Shown here: positions 11,700 through 24,232 of the stretch, piece after piece | Position numbering within the stretch: position 1 is the stretch's first letter | Layout: every line of letters begins with the position of its first letter | NCBI RefSeq assembly: GCF_035594765.1 | Contig: NC_085842.1 | Span: 16,468,782-16,532,781 of the forward strand | Reading direction: 5' to 3' | From: Anolis carolinensis | Taxonomy: Eukaryota | DNA length: 64,000 nucleotides | The notes under the pieces: model-generated | Seen by the model: only the letters and a program-made list of their open reading frames with translations | Database searches by the model: none | What the model was told of the DNA's origin: nothing | Position numbers and translations under genes: made by a program

Positions 11700-12205
11700 T
11701 AGATCCCTGTTAACACCATGGCCAATTGACTTGGCCAAGGTGGTCCATGCCTTATTTACCTCTTGGATAGATTACTGTAATGCCCTCTACATGGGGATAC
11801 CTTTGAAGACAGTCCAGAAACTTCAACTAAACTGGAGCAAATTATAGGGAGCACACACACACACACACACACACACACCCCTCCTAAAGCAGCTCCATTG
11901 ATTACCTATATGTTACCAGGCCCAATTCAAAGTGGAGGTTATTACCAACAAAGCCCTAAATGGTTCAGGTCCAGGCTATTTATGCGAGCACATCTCCCTC
12001 TATGACCCTGTGCGGGCCCTGAGATCGACTGGGATTTCACAGTACCAACCTTGTCGCAAGCGTGGTTGGTGGGGACAAGGGAGAAGGTCTTCTCGGAAGT
12101 GGCCTCCTGGCTCTGGAACACTTTCCCCAAGGAAATTAAACAAGCCTCCACACTTTCAATATTCCAGAAGAATTGATAACCTGGCTTTACAAACAGGCCT
12201 TTGAT
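11700..12205 (+). mobile_element. Degenerate L2 LINE fragment containing (CA)n
   Basis: homologous to L2 at 54006-54731 (gattactgtaatgccctctac, cagctccattg, ggctctggaac). Confidence 0.65.
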
Positions 12206-12371
12206 AATGGTCAAACATAAAAATGTCAATGGTCAGATAACCTAATCGGATGACATTTTTTAAACTGGACCTTGGTCTCACTAACCTATGCAGTGGTGCA
12301 GATGTTTTAATCGTTTTATACCATACAATTCTAGATTTTAAGGGATGATGTCTGTTTTTTAATTTAATATG

Positions 12372-12639
12372 AGGAGCCTCTGGTGGCCTAGGGGATTAAA
12401 GCCTCGTGACTTGAAGGTTGGGTTGCTGACCTGAAAGCTGCCAGGTTCGAATCCCACCTGGGGAGAGCGTGGATGAGCTCCTTCTATCAGCTCCAGCTCC
12501 ATGTGGGGACATGAGAGAAGCCTCCCACAAGGATGGTAAAACATCAAAACATCCGGGCGTCCCCTGGGCAATGTCCTTGCAGACGGCCAATTCTCTCACT
12601 CCAGAAGCAACTCTGGTTGCTCCTGACACGAAAAAAAAT
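12372..12639 (+). mobile_element. tRNA-head SINE with Vingi-like tail
   Basis: B box ggttcgaatccc, body catgagagaagcctcccacaaggatgg, tail gctcctgacacg(a)n; four copies in window. Confidence 0.75.
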
Positions 12640-12654
12640 ATTAATATGTATATG

Positions 12655-12895
12655 TTTAAGACATTCTGTGATTATTCTACATGTCTCATCCAGTGATATA
12701 TTCACCTGCTTCACGTGGGCAGATTTATGCCAGACGGGACAGGCATACTCAGCAGCTGAATAAGACAAGGCCAGGGCTGATGTTCTTATTAATATTGGGT
12801 CTGCACCCCATGTGCTGCCAGTAAGTTTCCACAGGATGTTATTGCATGCAGCTACTTTGTGCTTGGTGTTCGCACAGTGTTTTCTAAATGTGGCA
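12655..12895 (-). mobile_element. Vingi/Ingi-type LINE RT C-terminal fragment
   Basis: NNILWKLTGSTWGADP...RTSALALSYSAAEYACPVW. Confidence 0.7.
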
Positions 12896-13025
12896 GGGTA
12901 TAAATAATACATAAAGTTATTATTATTATGAAATGTTGACATCACTATCCAGTGATGTAAAGAATTAACTTTTATTAGTGGCCTTGTTTGATACATTTTC
13001 GTATTAACTTGGCAGGAATCCTTAC

Positions 13026-13104
13026 CCACTGAGGTGGATGTGCTGTTACCTTCTTGTGTGGCCCACTCATCCTTCACCTCAACCGTCTCTTTGGCAAAGA
13101 TGTT
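13026..13104 (-). CDS. Gene 1: linker exon 2
   Basis: 79 nt, NIFAKETVEVKDEWATQEGNSTSTSV, G|gtaagg, phase 0 to 1. Confidence 0.75.
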
Positions 13105-13609
13105 CTGTACCGAGGACAGGAAAGAAAAAAGAAAATAAGGAAAAGGACAAAGTCTGGATGACTACTTTGCATGGTTTCCAAAAAAAAAAGAAAAAAAAAA
13201 AAGAGGAAAGCAGTGGGGAGTTTTCATATACCAATATACCTCAGTTAACGAGATAGATGAGTTTCTATGCAACCTGGGAAAATCCTGGGATGTGCTATCA
13301 GAACCACAGCCCTCCTGAGCTGAGGGCCACTCCATGTGTGGCTGGAGAGGAGAGCCATGGGACTAGTGCTGAGCCAAAACAATGCATCCTAGCAGTAGCA
13401 GGACCTTTGCAGGAGGAAGGGGCTGCCTCCACCTGCACACTAGTGTATGCATTCCAGAGTAAAGACTATGTTTTTGAATCCTACCACTTTGGATTGTCTT
13501 TGTATTTCGACCAGGAACCAATGGAACTGTTACAAGAAGCTGTGTCCATCTGCTGGTTGCAGCTCTTTGAACTAGCAGAAGTATTAAAATATTCTTCAAT
13601 TGGAGCTCC

Positions 13610-13900
13610 ATAGATTCATAGAGGTGGAAGAGACCCCAAGGGCCATCCAGTCCAACCCCCTTCTATCAGGCAGGGAAATACATTCGAAACGCTCCTGACA
13701 GATGGCCATCCAACCTCTGCTTAAAAACCTCCAAAGAAGGAGACTCCAACGCACTCCCAAGCCGCAGCATATTCCACTGCTGAACAGCTCCCAGCGCCAG
13801 AAGGTTCTTTGCAATGTTTAGGTGGATTCTTGAGCAACAGGAAACAAGCCAGGCCCCTCCTCAATGGGGCAGCCTTTTAAATCTTTAAATATGGCTCTCC
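13610..13900 (-). mobile_element. CR1 LINE 3' fragment
   Basis: reverse complement of the CR1 3' end (aagcagaggttggatggccatctgtcagg...ggttggactggatggcc). Confidence 0.65.
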
Positions 13901-13904
13901 TATC

Positions 13905-14728
13905 TCCTATGGTGCAGTGTGTTAAAGCGTTGAGCTGATGAACTTGCAGACTGAAAGGTCACAGGTTCGAATCCGGGGAGTGGAGTGAGCACCTGCTGCT
14001 AGCCCCAGCTTCTGCCAACCTAGCAGTTTGAAAACATACAAATGTGAGTAGATCAATAGGTACCACTCAGGCGGGAAGGTAACGGTGCTCCATGCAGTCA
14101 TGCCGGCCACATGACCTTGGAGGAGTCTACGGACAACGCCGGCTCTTCGGCTTAGAAATTTATTTTATTTACTTATTTACAGTATTTATATTCCGCCCTT
14201 CTCACCCCGAAGGGGACTCAGGGCGGATTACAATGAACACATATATGGCAAACATTCAATGCCAACAGACAAACAACATTCAGTTTTAGACAGACACAGA
14301 GGCATTTTAACATCTTTCCAGCTTCACGATTCCGGCCACGGGGGGAGCTGTTGCTTCACCGTCCATTGGTGGCTGTTCTTCCTCATTCTTTTCCTCGTGT
14401 TTTGCTGGCAGTTTTATGGTGTTGTAGATTAGTTAAATTAGCCTCCCGCATAAAGCGTACCTAAATTTTCCCTACTTGACAGATGCAACTGTCTTTCGGG
14501 GCTGCATAGGTCAACAGCAAGCCGGGGCTATTTTTATTTATTTTATTTTTTTAATGGTCGGAGGCTTAACCCGACCCGGGCTTCGAACTCATGACCTCTC
14601 GGTCAGTAGTGATTATAGCAGCTGGTTACTAGCCAGCTGCGCCACAGCCCGGCCCCAAATGGAGATGAGCACCAACCACCAGAGTCGAACATGACTGGAC
14701 TTAACATCAGGGGAAACCTTTACCTTTT
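13905..14728 (+). mobile_element. Sauria SINE interrupted by a SINE2-type element (14159-14655, minus strand)
   Basis: ggttcgaatccgggga head, gagtagatcaataggtacc body, resumes at 14656 to the acctttacctt tail. Confidence 0.78.
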
Positions 14729-14837
14729 TATCTCCTCTCAGCCTTCCTTTCTCCATGCTAAAAACACCCAGCTCCCTTAATTCTTCCTCACAGGGAGTCA
14801 TGGCATCTTTCACCATTTCTCCAAACATGGTCTAGCT

Positions 14838-14946
14838 CAAGCATGGGCAAACTTCGGCCCATTTCCCACTTCAACTCCCAGCTGTTAGGAATTGTGGGAG
14901 TTGGAAGTCCAAAACACCTGGAGGGCCGAAGTTTACCTATGTCTGG
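14838..14946. mobile_element. Short hAT-like MITE
   Basis: imperfect TIRs catgggcaaacttcggccc / gggccgaagtttacctatg; second copy at 35557-35655. Confidence 0.55.
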
Positions 14947-15001
14947 TCTAGCTTGTCAAAGTATAGCATATTAGAATCATTCAGGCTGAAAGTGACTAGG
15001 G

Positions 15002-15125
15002 CAGGGGTCCCCAAACTAAGGCCCGGGGGCCGGATGCGGCCCATCGAAGCTATTTATCTGGCCCCCAAGGCACAAGGGCAGAAGCGGGTTGGGCTAAATG
15101 ACCCAAGGGGTCTCTTCCAACCCTC

Positions 15126-15170
<45 letters not shown>

Positions 15171-15288
15171 ATTGAGGCTGGGTGGCCATCTGTCAGGGGT
15201 GCTTTGCTTGTGCTTTTGGTGCACAGAGGCAGAAGGGGGTTGGACTAAATGACCCAAAGGGTCTCTTCCAACCCTCTTCATTATTATT

Positions 15289-15321
<33 letters not shown>

Positions 15322-15435
15322 ATTATTATTATTATTATTATTAATTATTATTGCTTGGTGGCCAACTATAGTCCGGCCCTCCAACGGTCTGAAGGATCAT
15401 GAACTGGCCCCGTTTTAAAAGTTTGGGGACCCCTG
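15002..15435. mobile_element. Non-autonomous hAT (Charlie/OC1-like) element
   Basis: TIRs caggggtccccaaact / agtttggggacccctg, perfect 8-bp TSD gactaggg. Confidence 0.88.
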
Positions 15436-15778
15436 GACTAGGGCATATATGTCACCCTGGTCACATCAGACCCATCTGCAGGAACAGATTCAGTTGCATC
15501 CAACTTTTAACTGAGCAAATGCACTGCTGGTCACCCAGAAAGCTGAGCACCGGGTTTAAGGAGGAATCCAGGAGTACACTGAGACTGCAAACTATGACTT
15601 CAGAAAAGTTTAAATCTGTTCAGCACAGACTACGCTCCTTTGTCTTGATTTCTTATTTGATTGACCAGGAGTGCCTATGTCATATTGGAATTAAACTACA
15701 GTTTGTTCAAGCATTGTTACTATCCTTGCAAACAAATACATCTCACCTTCTGAAACGTCTCGGAGAAAATCCACTCAC

Positions 15779-16171
15779 CTGCTGCTCTTTGAATTTCTCC
15801 TCTTCTTCCCGACTCAGGAGGAATCCTTCAGCCAAAGCCACGGCCTGGGAACTGGTCTCTGCCCCACATTCCCTCACCCAGCGCTCCATCTCCGCAGGAA
15901 GGACGGCCAGGAAATGCTCCAGGAGCACCAGGTCCAGCATCTCCGCCTTGGAGTGTCGCTCTGGCTTCAGCCACAGGCGGCACAGAGAGTGGAGGCGGCT
16001 GCACACCTCTCGGGGTCCTGCAAACTCCTGGTAGCTGAACCACCCGAAGCCTTGTTGCGCGCCCAAATCCCACTCCTCATACCCCGGTTCCTTTTGCATG
16101 TCTCCTCCAAAGAATCCCTGAACAAGACCAGGCCCTTCTCCCCACTCGGGGCTCACTGTGTGCATGGGCAT
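15779..16171 (-). CDS. Gene 1: SCAN-domain exon
   Basis: ATG 16171, SCAN motif, 393 nt, CAG|gtgagt; nearly identical to 1178-1570. Confidence 0.88.
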
Positions 16172-16515
16172 CTCAGCCTGTAACCTGTTCCCACATTGAC
16201 TGCTCTGCTCTTAATCACCTCCCTCTCTTCTTCTCTCATCCCTGCCTGGGCCTTTCCCCTTCACCCCACCATTGAATTCTCCCACTTTCCTGCCTTCTTC
16301 TTCTCTCCCCACACAAAAAGGACTGAAAAGGGGTCAGGCTATTCTCCTGATATCACACTTACCCATGGTCCCACCCCTTCCTACTATAGTCATGCTCCTT
16401 CCTACAGAGGAGATAGAGTGACCACAGGATGGACTGTATTGAAGAGTTTGGTGCCCCCTTTCCACTGGAGGACTCGAGCTGGAGTTGGGAGCAGTCGAAT
16501 GAATGAATGAATGAT

Positions 16516-16852
16516 AAAGGTAAAGGTAAAGGTTTTCCCCTGACGTTAAGTCTAGTCATGTCTGACCCTGGGGGTTGGTGCTCATCTCCATTTCTAAGCC
16601 GAAGAGCCGGCGTTGTCCGTAGACACCTCCAAGGTCATGTGGCCACTGGCATGACTGCATGGAGCGCCGTTACCTTCCCACCGGAGCGGTACCTATTGAT
16701 CTACTCACATTGGCATGTTTTCGAACTGCTAGGTTGGCAGGAGCTGGAGTTAACAGCGGGCGCTCAAGCCGCTCCCAGGATTTGAACCTGGGACCTTTCG
16801 GTCTGCAAGTTCAGCAGCTCAGCCCTTTAACACACTTCGCTACCGGGGCTCC
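16516..16852 (-). mobile_element. Sauria SINE
   Basis: aaaggtaaaggt tail, ggtacctattgatctactcac body, tRNA-like head. Confidence 0.82.
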
Positions 16853-16884
16853 TGAATGAATGATAGTAACATTAATATTGTTGG

Positions 16885-17099
16885 GTTGTTGTATGTCTTT
16901 CGGGCTGTGTGGCCATGTTCCAGAAGTATTTTCTCTTGACGTTTCGCCCACATCTATAGCAGGCATACCTCACAACCTCTGAGGATGCCTGCCATAGATG
17001 GGGGCGAAATGTCAGGAGAAAATACTTCTGGAACATGGCCACACAGGCCGAAAGACATACAACAATCCTGTAATCCCGGCCATGAAAGCCTTTGACAAC
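16885..17099. mobile_element. Penelope inverted terminal pair
   Basis: ~80-nt inverted arms; flanking direct repeat acattaatattgttg. Confidence 0.7.
16974..17019 (+). ncRNA. Minimal type I hammerhead ribozyme motif in a Penelope end
   Basis: cct-CTGAGGA-t-gcc...ggc-GAAA-tg-TC-agg: conserved core, stem II and short stem I. Confidence 0.55.
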
Positions 17100-17125
17100 A
17101 CATTAATATTGTTGTTAGAGTCCGA

Positions 17126-17850
17126 CAGATTATTTCCACCCAATGGGAAGCTTCCACCAACAAGGTGCAGTATAATAGCAATTAAGATGGAAAGTAACGT
17201 TGGGGCAATTACACATCCCTGTTTGGCACCCGATTTCACCTTGAATTGATCACTTTGGGAGCCATTGCTTTTTTTTCGTGCCAGGAGCGACTTGAGAAAC
17301 TGCAAGTTGCTTCTGGTGTGTGAGAGAGAATTGGCCATCTGCAAGGACGTTGCCCAGCGGACGCCTGGATGTTTTGATGTTTTTTTTATCATCCTTGTGG
17401 GAGGCTCCTCTCATGTCCCCGCATGGAGCTGGAGCTGATAGAGGGAGCTCATCCGCACTCTCCCTCGGTGGGATTTATTTACAGCATTTATATTCCGCCC
17501 TTCTCTCCCCGAAGGGGACTCAGGGCGGATCACATTACACATATAGGCAAACATTCAAGGCCTTTTACCATAGAACAAAGACAAGACAAACATAGGCTCC
17601 GAGCGGGCCTCTAACTCATGACTCCTGGTCAGAGTGATTCATTGCAATGATTCATTGCAGCTGCTCTCCAGCCTGCGCCACAGCCTGAGCCCAAGGATTC
17701 GAACCTGGCAGCTTTCAGATCAGCAACCCAACCTTCAAGTCACAAGGCTTTAATCCACTACACCACCGGGGAATCCGGGAGCCATTGTTGTCCAACACTA
17801 TTGCCATCATGTCATTGTGGAGGAGCCACAGGATGTTCACAATTTTGTCA
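17126..17850 (-). mobile_element. RTE LINE RT fragment with nested Vingi-tail SINE (17268-17780), itself interrupted by a SINE2 (17475-17692)
   Basis: DKIVNILWLLHNDMMAIVLDNNGS / NGSQSDQFKVKSGAKQGCVIAPTL on either side of the SINEs. Confidence 0.7.
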
Positions 17851-17923
17851 ATAATAATAATAATAATAATAATTATTATTATTATTATTATTATTATTGA
17901 CAAAATTGTGAACATCCTGTGGC
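17825..17923. repeat. 99-bp near-perfect palindrome with (AAT)n/(ATT)n centre
   Basis: 26-nt unique arms gccacaggatgttcacaattttgtca / tgacaaaattgtgaacatcctgtggc. Confidence 0.9.
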
Positions 17924-19072
17924 ATTATAAATTGGACACAGGCAGAACTGGACAATTTGGACAGAAAAACAAGAAAACTCATGACCATTCATCATTCACT
18001 GCACCCTCACAGTGATGTTGACCGGCTCTATCTGCCTAGAAGATCAGGGGGCAGAGGACTCTTACAAGTAAAACAAGCAGTCAAAGAAAAAGAACATGCC
18101 CTGGCAGAATATGTAAAGCAAAGTGAAGAACCTGCTTTGATTGAAGTCAAAAATCAGAAACTCCTCAAAACACAAAAGACAAAAAACCAGTACAAGAAAA
18201 CTGCACTACAAACTAGAGCTGTCAGCTGGCACAACAAAACACTGCATGGAAAGTTCCTTGACAAAATTGAAGGAAAAGCTGATAAGGAGAAGACCTGGCT
18301 CTGGCTCACAAATGGGACCCTGAAGAAGGAGACAGAAGGCCTGATCCTTGCAGCCCAGGAGCAAGCCATCAGAACAAATGCAATTAAGGCCAAGATCGAA
18401 AAATCAGCTGATGACCCAAAATGCAGACTGTGCAAGGAAGCTGACGAAACCATTGATCATATCCTCAGCTGCTGTAAGAAAATTGCACAGACAGACTACA
18501 AACAGAGGCACAACTGTGTGGCCCAAATGATCCATTGGAACTTATGCCTCAAGTACCACCTGCCAGCAGCAAAGAACTGGTGGGATCACAAACCAGCAAA
18601 GGTCGTGGAAAATGAACACACAAAGATACTGTGGGACTTCCGAATCCAGACTGACAAAGTTCTGGAACACAACACACCAGACATCACAGTTGTGGAAAAA
18701 AACAAGGTTTGGATAATTGATGTTGCCATCCCAGGTGACAGTCGCATTGATGAAAAACAACAGGAAAAACTCAGCCGCTATCAGGACCTCAAGATTGAAC
18801 TTCAAAGCCTCTGGCAGAAACCAGTGCAGGTGGTCCTGGTGGTGATGGGCACATTGGGTGCCGTGCCAAAAGATCTCAGCCGGCATTTGGAAACAACAGA
18901 CATTGACAAAATTACGATCTGCCAACTGCAAAAGGCCACCCTACTGGGATCTGCGCACATCATCCGAAAATACATCACACATGGGAAGTGCTCGACTTGT
19001 GATTTTGTGATATGAAATCCAGCATATAGGTCTTGTTTGCTGTGTCATAATAAAATAATAATAATAATAATA
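17920..19072 (+). mobile_element. R4/Dong-clade non-LTR element, 5'-truncated, with open C-terminal ORF (zinc knuckle + restriction-like endonuclease)
   Basis: CRLCKEADETIDHILSCC, RHN, PD...IIDVAIP...K..RY motifs in ORF 17957-19015; (taa)n tail. Confidence 0.85.
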
Positions 19073-19914
19073 TTTTTATACCCCGCCCCATCTCCCCAAA
19101 GGGACTCGGGGCGGCTTACATGGGGCCAAGCCCGGATATCAACAATATAAAAACAAAGCAATAAAACAAGTCAATCAACAATAAAAACAAGTCATAAAAG
19201 ATCACATACAAAAACTGTAATGATAAAATCTTGGGTCAAGGGGTCAAGGCCCCCTCCCTGTGTGGGGCAAGCAAAGTGGATCCTAAAAAGTTCTGCTCAG
19301 TCATGGATACAGCTGCCAGACTATTCAACTGTCTTGGATCTTGAGGTAGAGCCACTGAATCCATAGCCACTACTCATGTGTCAGTCTATCACTAGGTGCT
19401 TCCCCCGTCACCACTCACTGATCACCATGGGACTTTTGTTGGTTTTGTTTTATTTTTTCCAGGAAGAAACCAGTGCGTAAATTTAATTTATGTGTGGAAT
19501 TCGGTGCACAGCCAATCTGCACACAGTCTTCACAGAATGAGGGTCCCATCCCGTGGCATGGTTTACCCGACGACAGTGGCTTCTCATTTGTAGCAGTCTT
19601 CTTCCGCCTTCACAGCCATAGTAATGTATACCATCCTCCACTGGCTCTGCCATTGAGGAGTTTAGATTGTGTTTGGTCTGGTTTCTCCCTGTGGGCCTCC
19701 CTAGGAGTACCTGACTCTGACGGCTTCACCTGCCGATTCATTGGAAGACACAAGCCCTCTCACCACGACAATGTGACAACCCATCAAAGGGGAGTAGTAA
19801 TAGCATTCCAAGTTGAACAGAGGGCACAGGGTAAATGCTCCACCTGCTCCAGGGACAAACCCTAAATTTGCTCGACAACACCTCTACAGTATTCTTGCTG
19901 CTATTATTATTGTT

Positions 19915-20455
19915 ATTTGATACACAAAAAGATTAGTCCACAGCAAACAAGATCACTATCCTGGCTATTGTATTGGATCACGCCTCAAACACTTCCCAAG
20001 TGTCTAGGGCTATGTGTTGTACAGGCAAATAATGCATGCAGATCCGAGTAGGGTGGCCTTTTGCAGCCGACAAATGTTAATTTTGTAAGCGCTGATTGTT
20101 TTCAAGTGCAAACCAAGGTCTTTAGGCACTGCACCCAGTGTGTCAGTCCCCACTGGCTTGTGCCAGAGTCTTTGCAGTTCAATCTTCAAATCCTCGTATC
20201 GTTTCCAGTTTTTCTAGTTGCTTCTCGTCAATCCTACTGTTGCCAGGGATTGTAACAACAGCGATCCATACTTTGTTTCTTCCCACGATCGTGAGGTCAG
20301 GAGTATTGTGCTCAAACAACTCTGTCAGTCTAAATTTGGACATCCCTGAGTAATTTAACGTGTTCATTTTCTGTCACTTTTTCATACTTGTGATCCTACC
20401 AGTTCTTTGTCACAGGCCGATTGTTTTTATGGTACAACTTCCAATGGATCATCTA
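19915..20455 (-). mobile_element. Degenerate R4/Dong-clade 3' fragment
   Basis: EHNTPDLTIVGRNKVWIAVVTIPGNSRIDEKQLEK, homologous to 17957-19015. Confidence 0.7.
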
Positions 20456-20580
20456 ATCATCATCATCATTTGATTATTATTGTTGTTGTCGTCATTATTA
20501 TTATTATTATTTGAGCAGAGAGTGGGGATAAACACCCCAGCTCTAGAGGACTGTTGTTTTTATTACTCTAGCCACAATTA

Positions 20581-20887
20581 GGTAAGGTAAAGGTTTTCCC
20601 CTGACGTTAAGTCCAGTCGTGACCGACTCTGGGGGTTGATGCTCATCTCCATTTCTAAGCCGAAGAGCCGGCGTTGTCCGTAGACACCTCCAAGGTCACG
20701 TGGCCGGCATGACTGCATGGAGTGCCGTTACCTTCCCCCTGGAGTGGTACCTATTGATCTACTCACATTGGCATGTTTTCGAACTGCTAGGTTGGCAGAA
20801 GCTGGGGCTAACAGCGGGCGCTCATTCCGCTCCCGGGATTTGTTCAGCAGCTCAGTGCTTTAACACACTACGCCACCACCAGGGGCC
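20581..20887 (-). mobile_element. Sauria SINE
   Basis: same body as 16516-16852. Confidence 0.8.
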
Positions 20888-20903
20888 CATATTAATGTTA
20901 ATA

Positions 20904-21227
20904 CAGTAGAGTCTCACTTATCCAACATAAACGGGCCAGCAGAACATTGGATAAGCGAATATGTTGGATAATAAGGAGAGATTAAGGAGAAGCCTATTAA
21001 ACATCAAATTAGGTTATGATTTTGCAAATTAAGCACCAAAAACAACATGTTATACAACAAATTTGACAGAAAAAGTAGTTCAATGTGCAGTAATGCTACA
21101 TAGTAATTACTGTATTTACGAATTTAGCACCAAAATATCACGATATATTGAAAACATTGACTACAAAAATGCGTTGGATAATCCAGAATGTTGGATAAGT
21201 GAATGTTGGATAAGTGAGACTCTACTG
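20904..21227. mobile_element. Tc1/mariner-type MITE
   Basis: both TIRs and TA flanks, as at 550-872. Confidence 0.85.
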
Positions 21228-21640
21228 TACATTCATTAGGCTGCTCCCCACTCCACTCGAGTCCTCCAGTGGAAAGGTGGCGCTAAATTCTTCACTACAT
21301 TCCATCTGAGTTCCCTGCGGCTGCCTCTAGGAAGAAGCATAACTCTAGCAGGAAGGGGCGGGTGCAAGGCCAAGAGTGACAGCAGGGCATACCTGGGACA
21401 GGCAGGTATCACCCCCTTGGATGGAGGAACACACTGTTATACACTACACTAGTTGTGCCACTTCAATGCCTCCTCGGTGCAGACATGTTGGTGTTACTGA
21501 ATGATTGGAAGGCCAAGCTGTTTCAGCTCTCCATGGAAGGAGACAGGGAATGATTAAGGGCAGAGCAGTGCAAAGAGTCATCTGGATGTGATGGACGTCC
21601 AACTCTGAAAGCACTCTTTGGGAACAGGTGAAAGTCCAAG

Positions 21641-22036
21641 ATGCCCATGCACACAGTGAGCCCCAAATTGGGAGAGAGGCTTGATCTTGATCTTGCGGGA
21701 TTCTTTGGAGGAGCCATGCAGGAGGAACCGGGGAAGGAGGAGTGGGATTCGGGCAAACAAGAAGGCTTCAGGCAGTTCAACTACAAGGAGACTTTGGGGC
21801 CCCGAGAAGTGTGCAGCCGGCTCCACTCTCTCTGCCGCCTGTGGCTGAAGCCAGAGAAGCACTCCAAGGCGGAGATGTTGGACCTGGTGCTCCTGGAGCA
21901 GTTTCTGGCCGTCCTTCCTGCGGAGATGGAGCGCTGGGTGAGGGAATGTGGGGCAGAGACCAGTTCCCAGGCCGTGGCTTTGGCTGAAGGATTCCTCCTG
22001 AGTCGGGCAGAGGAGAGCAAGTGGAAAGAGCAGCAG
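21641..22036 (+). CDS. Gene 2: SCAN-domain exon
   Basis: ATG 21641, [18 protein letters not shown]...EGFLLS, 396 nt, CAG|gtgagt. Confidence 0.88.
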
Positions 22037-22189
22037 GTGAGTGGCAACAGTTCCAATGGTTTCTGTTCTGAATACAAAGACAAACCAGAGTGGTAGGATT
22101 CAAAAACATAGTCTTTACTCAGGAATGCATACACAAGTATGCACGTGGAGGCGGCCCCTTCCTCCTGCTAAGGTCCTGCTTCTTCTATA

Positions 22190-22640
22190 ATAAAATAATA
22201 AAATAAAACTTTATTAATACCCCGCTACCATCTCCCCGTGGGGACTCGGGGCGGCTTACATGGGGCAGAGGCCCAAACAACATAGAACAAAACATAAGCA
22301 ACATAATACAAATCACACTATAAAAAGATAAAACAGTAATACAATATATCAATTAAAACAAAAATACAGGATAAAAAATTGCATTTAAAACACATAAATG
22401 GTAAAATCGTAATAAAAACGGGATAGATTATTAAAAACCTTCTGGGACTGATTAATTAATGACTGTATCTCCAAAGGCCTGCCGAAACATCCAACTCTTC
22501 AGTTGTTTCCTGAAGGAAGGTAGAGAGGGAGCCAACCTAATCTCCCTGGGGAGGGAGTTCCAGAGTCGGGGAGCCACGGCCGAGAAGGCCCTCTCTCTCG
22601 TCCCCACCAAACACAGTTGTGAGGAGGGTGGAAGCGAGAG
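22190..22640 (-). mobile_element. L2 LINE 3' end
   Basis: GTRERAFSAVAPRLWNSLPREIRLAPSL on minus strand plus tail; absent from paralogous introns. Confidence 0.75.
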
Positions 22641-22911
22641 GAGGACACATTGCTTTGGCTCAGCACTAGTCCCATGGCTCTCCCCTCCAGCCCCACACGG
22701 AGTGACCCTGAGCTCAGGAGGGCTGTGGCCCCAATAGCACATCCCAGGCTCTTCCAATGTTGCATAGAAACTCATCTACCTCGTTAACTGAGGTATATTG
22801 GTATTGGAAAACTCACCACTGCTTTCCCCCTTTGTCTGGAAACCATGCAAAGAAGTCACCAGACTTTGTCCCTTTCCTAATTTTCTTTTTCTTTTCTTGA
22901 CCTCGGTACAG

Positions 22912-22990
22912 AACATCTTTGCCAAAGAGACAACTGAGGTGAAGAATGAGTGGGCCATGCAAGATGGTAACAGAACATCCACCTCAGTGG
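22912..22990 (+). CDS. Gene 2: linker exon 2
   Basis: 79 nt, gtacag|AAC ... GTG G|gtaagg. Confidence 0.75.
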
Positions 22991-23181
22991 GTAAGGATTC
23001 CTCCTGAGTCTGCCCGATATTATTTAATTGTGTGCATTGCAGTCCTTTCAAGCTGTTGACCTGTCCTCCCTTGCCCTTTAACATTCCATACATCTTTGGT
23101 GGTTTGGCATCCTCACCCCAGACAGACAGACAGAAAGAAGACCTCATCACATTAGGGCAACTGCCCACTTAAAATCCTATA

Positions 23182-23685
23182 CAGTAGAGTCTCACTTATC
23201 CAAGACTCGCTTATCCAAGGTTCTGGATTATCCAAGGCATTTTTGTAGTCAATGTTTTCAATACATCATTATATTTTGTTGCTAAATTCGTAAATACAGT
23301 AATTACAACATAACATTACCGGGCCGGGCTGTGGCACAGGCTGGATAGCAAGCCAGCTGCAACAAATCACTCTGACCAAGAGGTCATGAGTTCGAAGCCA
23401 GCCCGTGCCTGCATCTTGTCTCTGTCTCTGTTCTATGTTATGGCATTGAATGTTTGCCTTTATGTGTGCAATGTGATCCGCCCCAAGTCCCCTTCGGGGT
23501 GAAAAGGGCAGAATATAAATGCTGTAAATAAATAAATAAATAAATTACTGCATATTGAACTACTTTTTCTGTCAAATTTGTTGTATAACATGATGTTTTG
23601 ATGCTTAATTTGTAAAATCATAACCTAATTTGATGTTTAATAGGCGTTTACTTAATCCCTCCTTATTATCCAAGATATTGGATAA
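23182..23685. mobile_element. Tc1/mariner MITE (right end lost) with inserted SINE2 (23321-23543, +)
   Basis: left TIR present; MITE body resumes after the (taaa)n SINE tail. Confidence 0.75.
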
Positions 23686-23865
23686 TATGTGTATGTGTGT
23701 GTGTGTTTGTAATTTTTATGTGGCAATTACTTTAATTCTGCTATTACCTTCCTATTTGTGTATGTGTGTGAATGCTTTTTGCTCTCTGCCAGTTATGGAT
23801 ATATTAAATCAGAAACAGAGAGTGTAGTAAAAAATACTCCTTGATCCCTTCTGTTTTCCTTACAG

Positions 23866-24232
<367 letters not shown>

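Noticed and set aside
15127-15352. Poly-Leu, poly-Asn and poly-Ile ORFs (also 17715-18015, 56943-57131)
   Set aside because: Translations of (TTA)n/(TTG)n microsatellites.
19350-19790. Possible RTE 5' UTR on the minus strand
   Set aside because: Resemblance only by memory; no second copy or coding motif in the window to support it.
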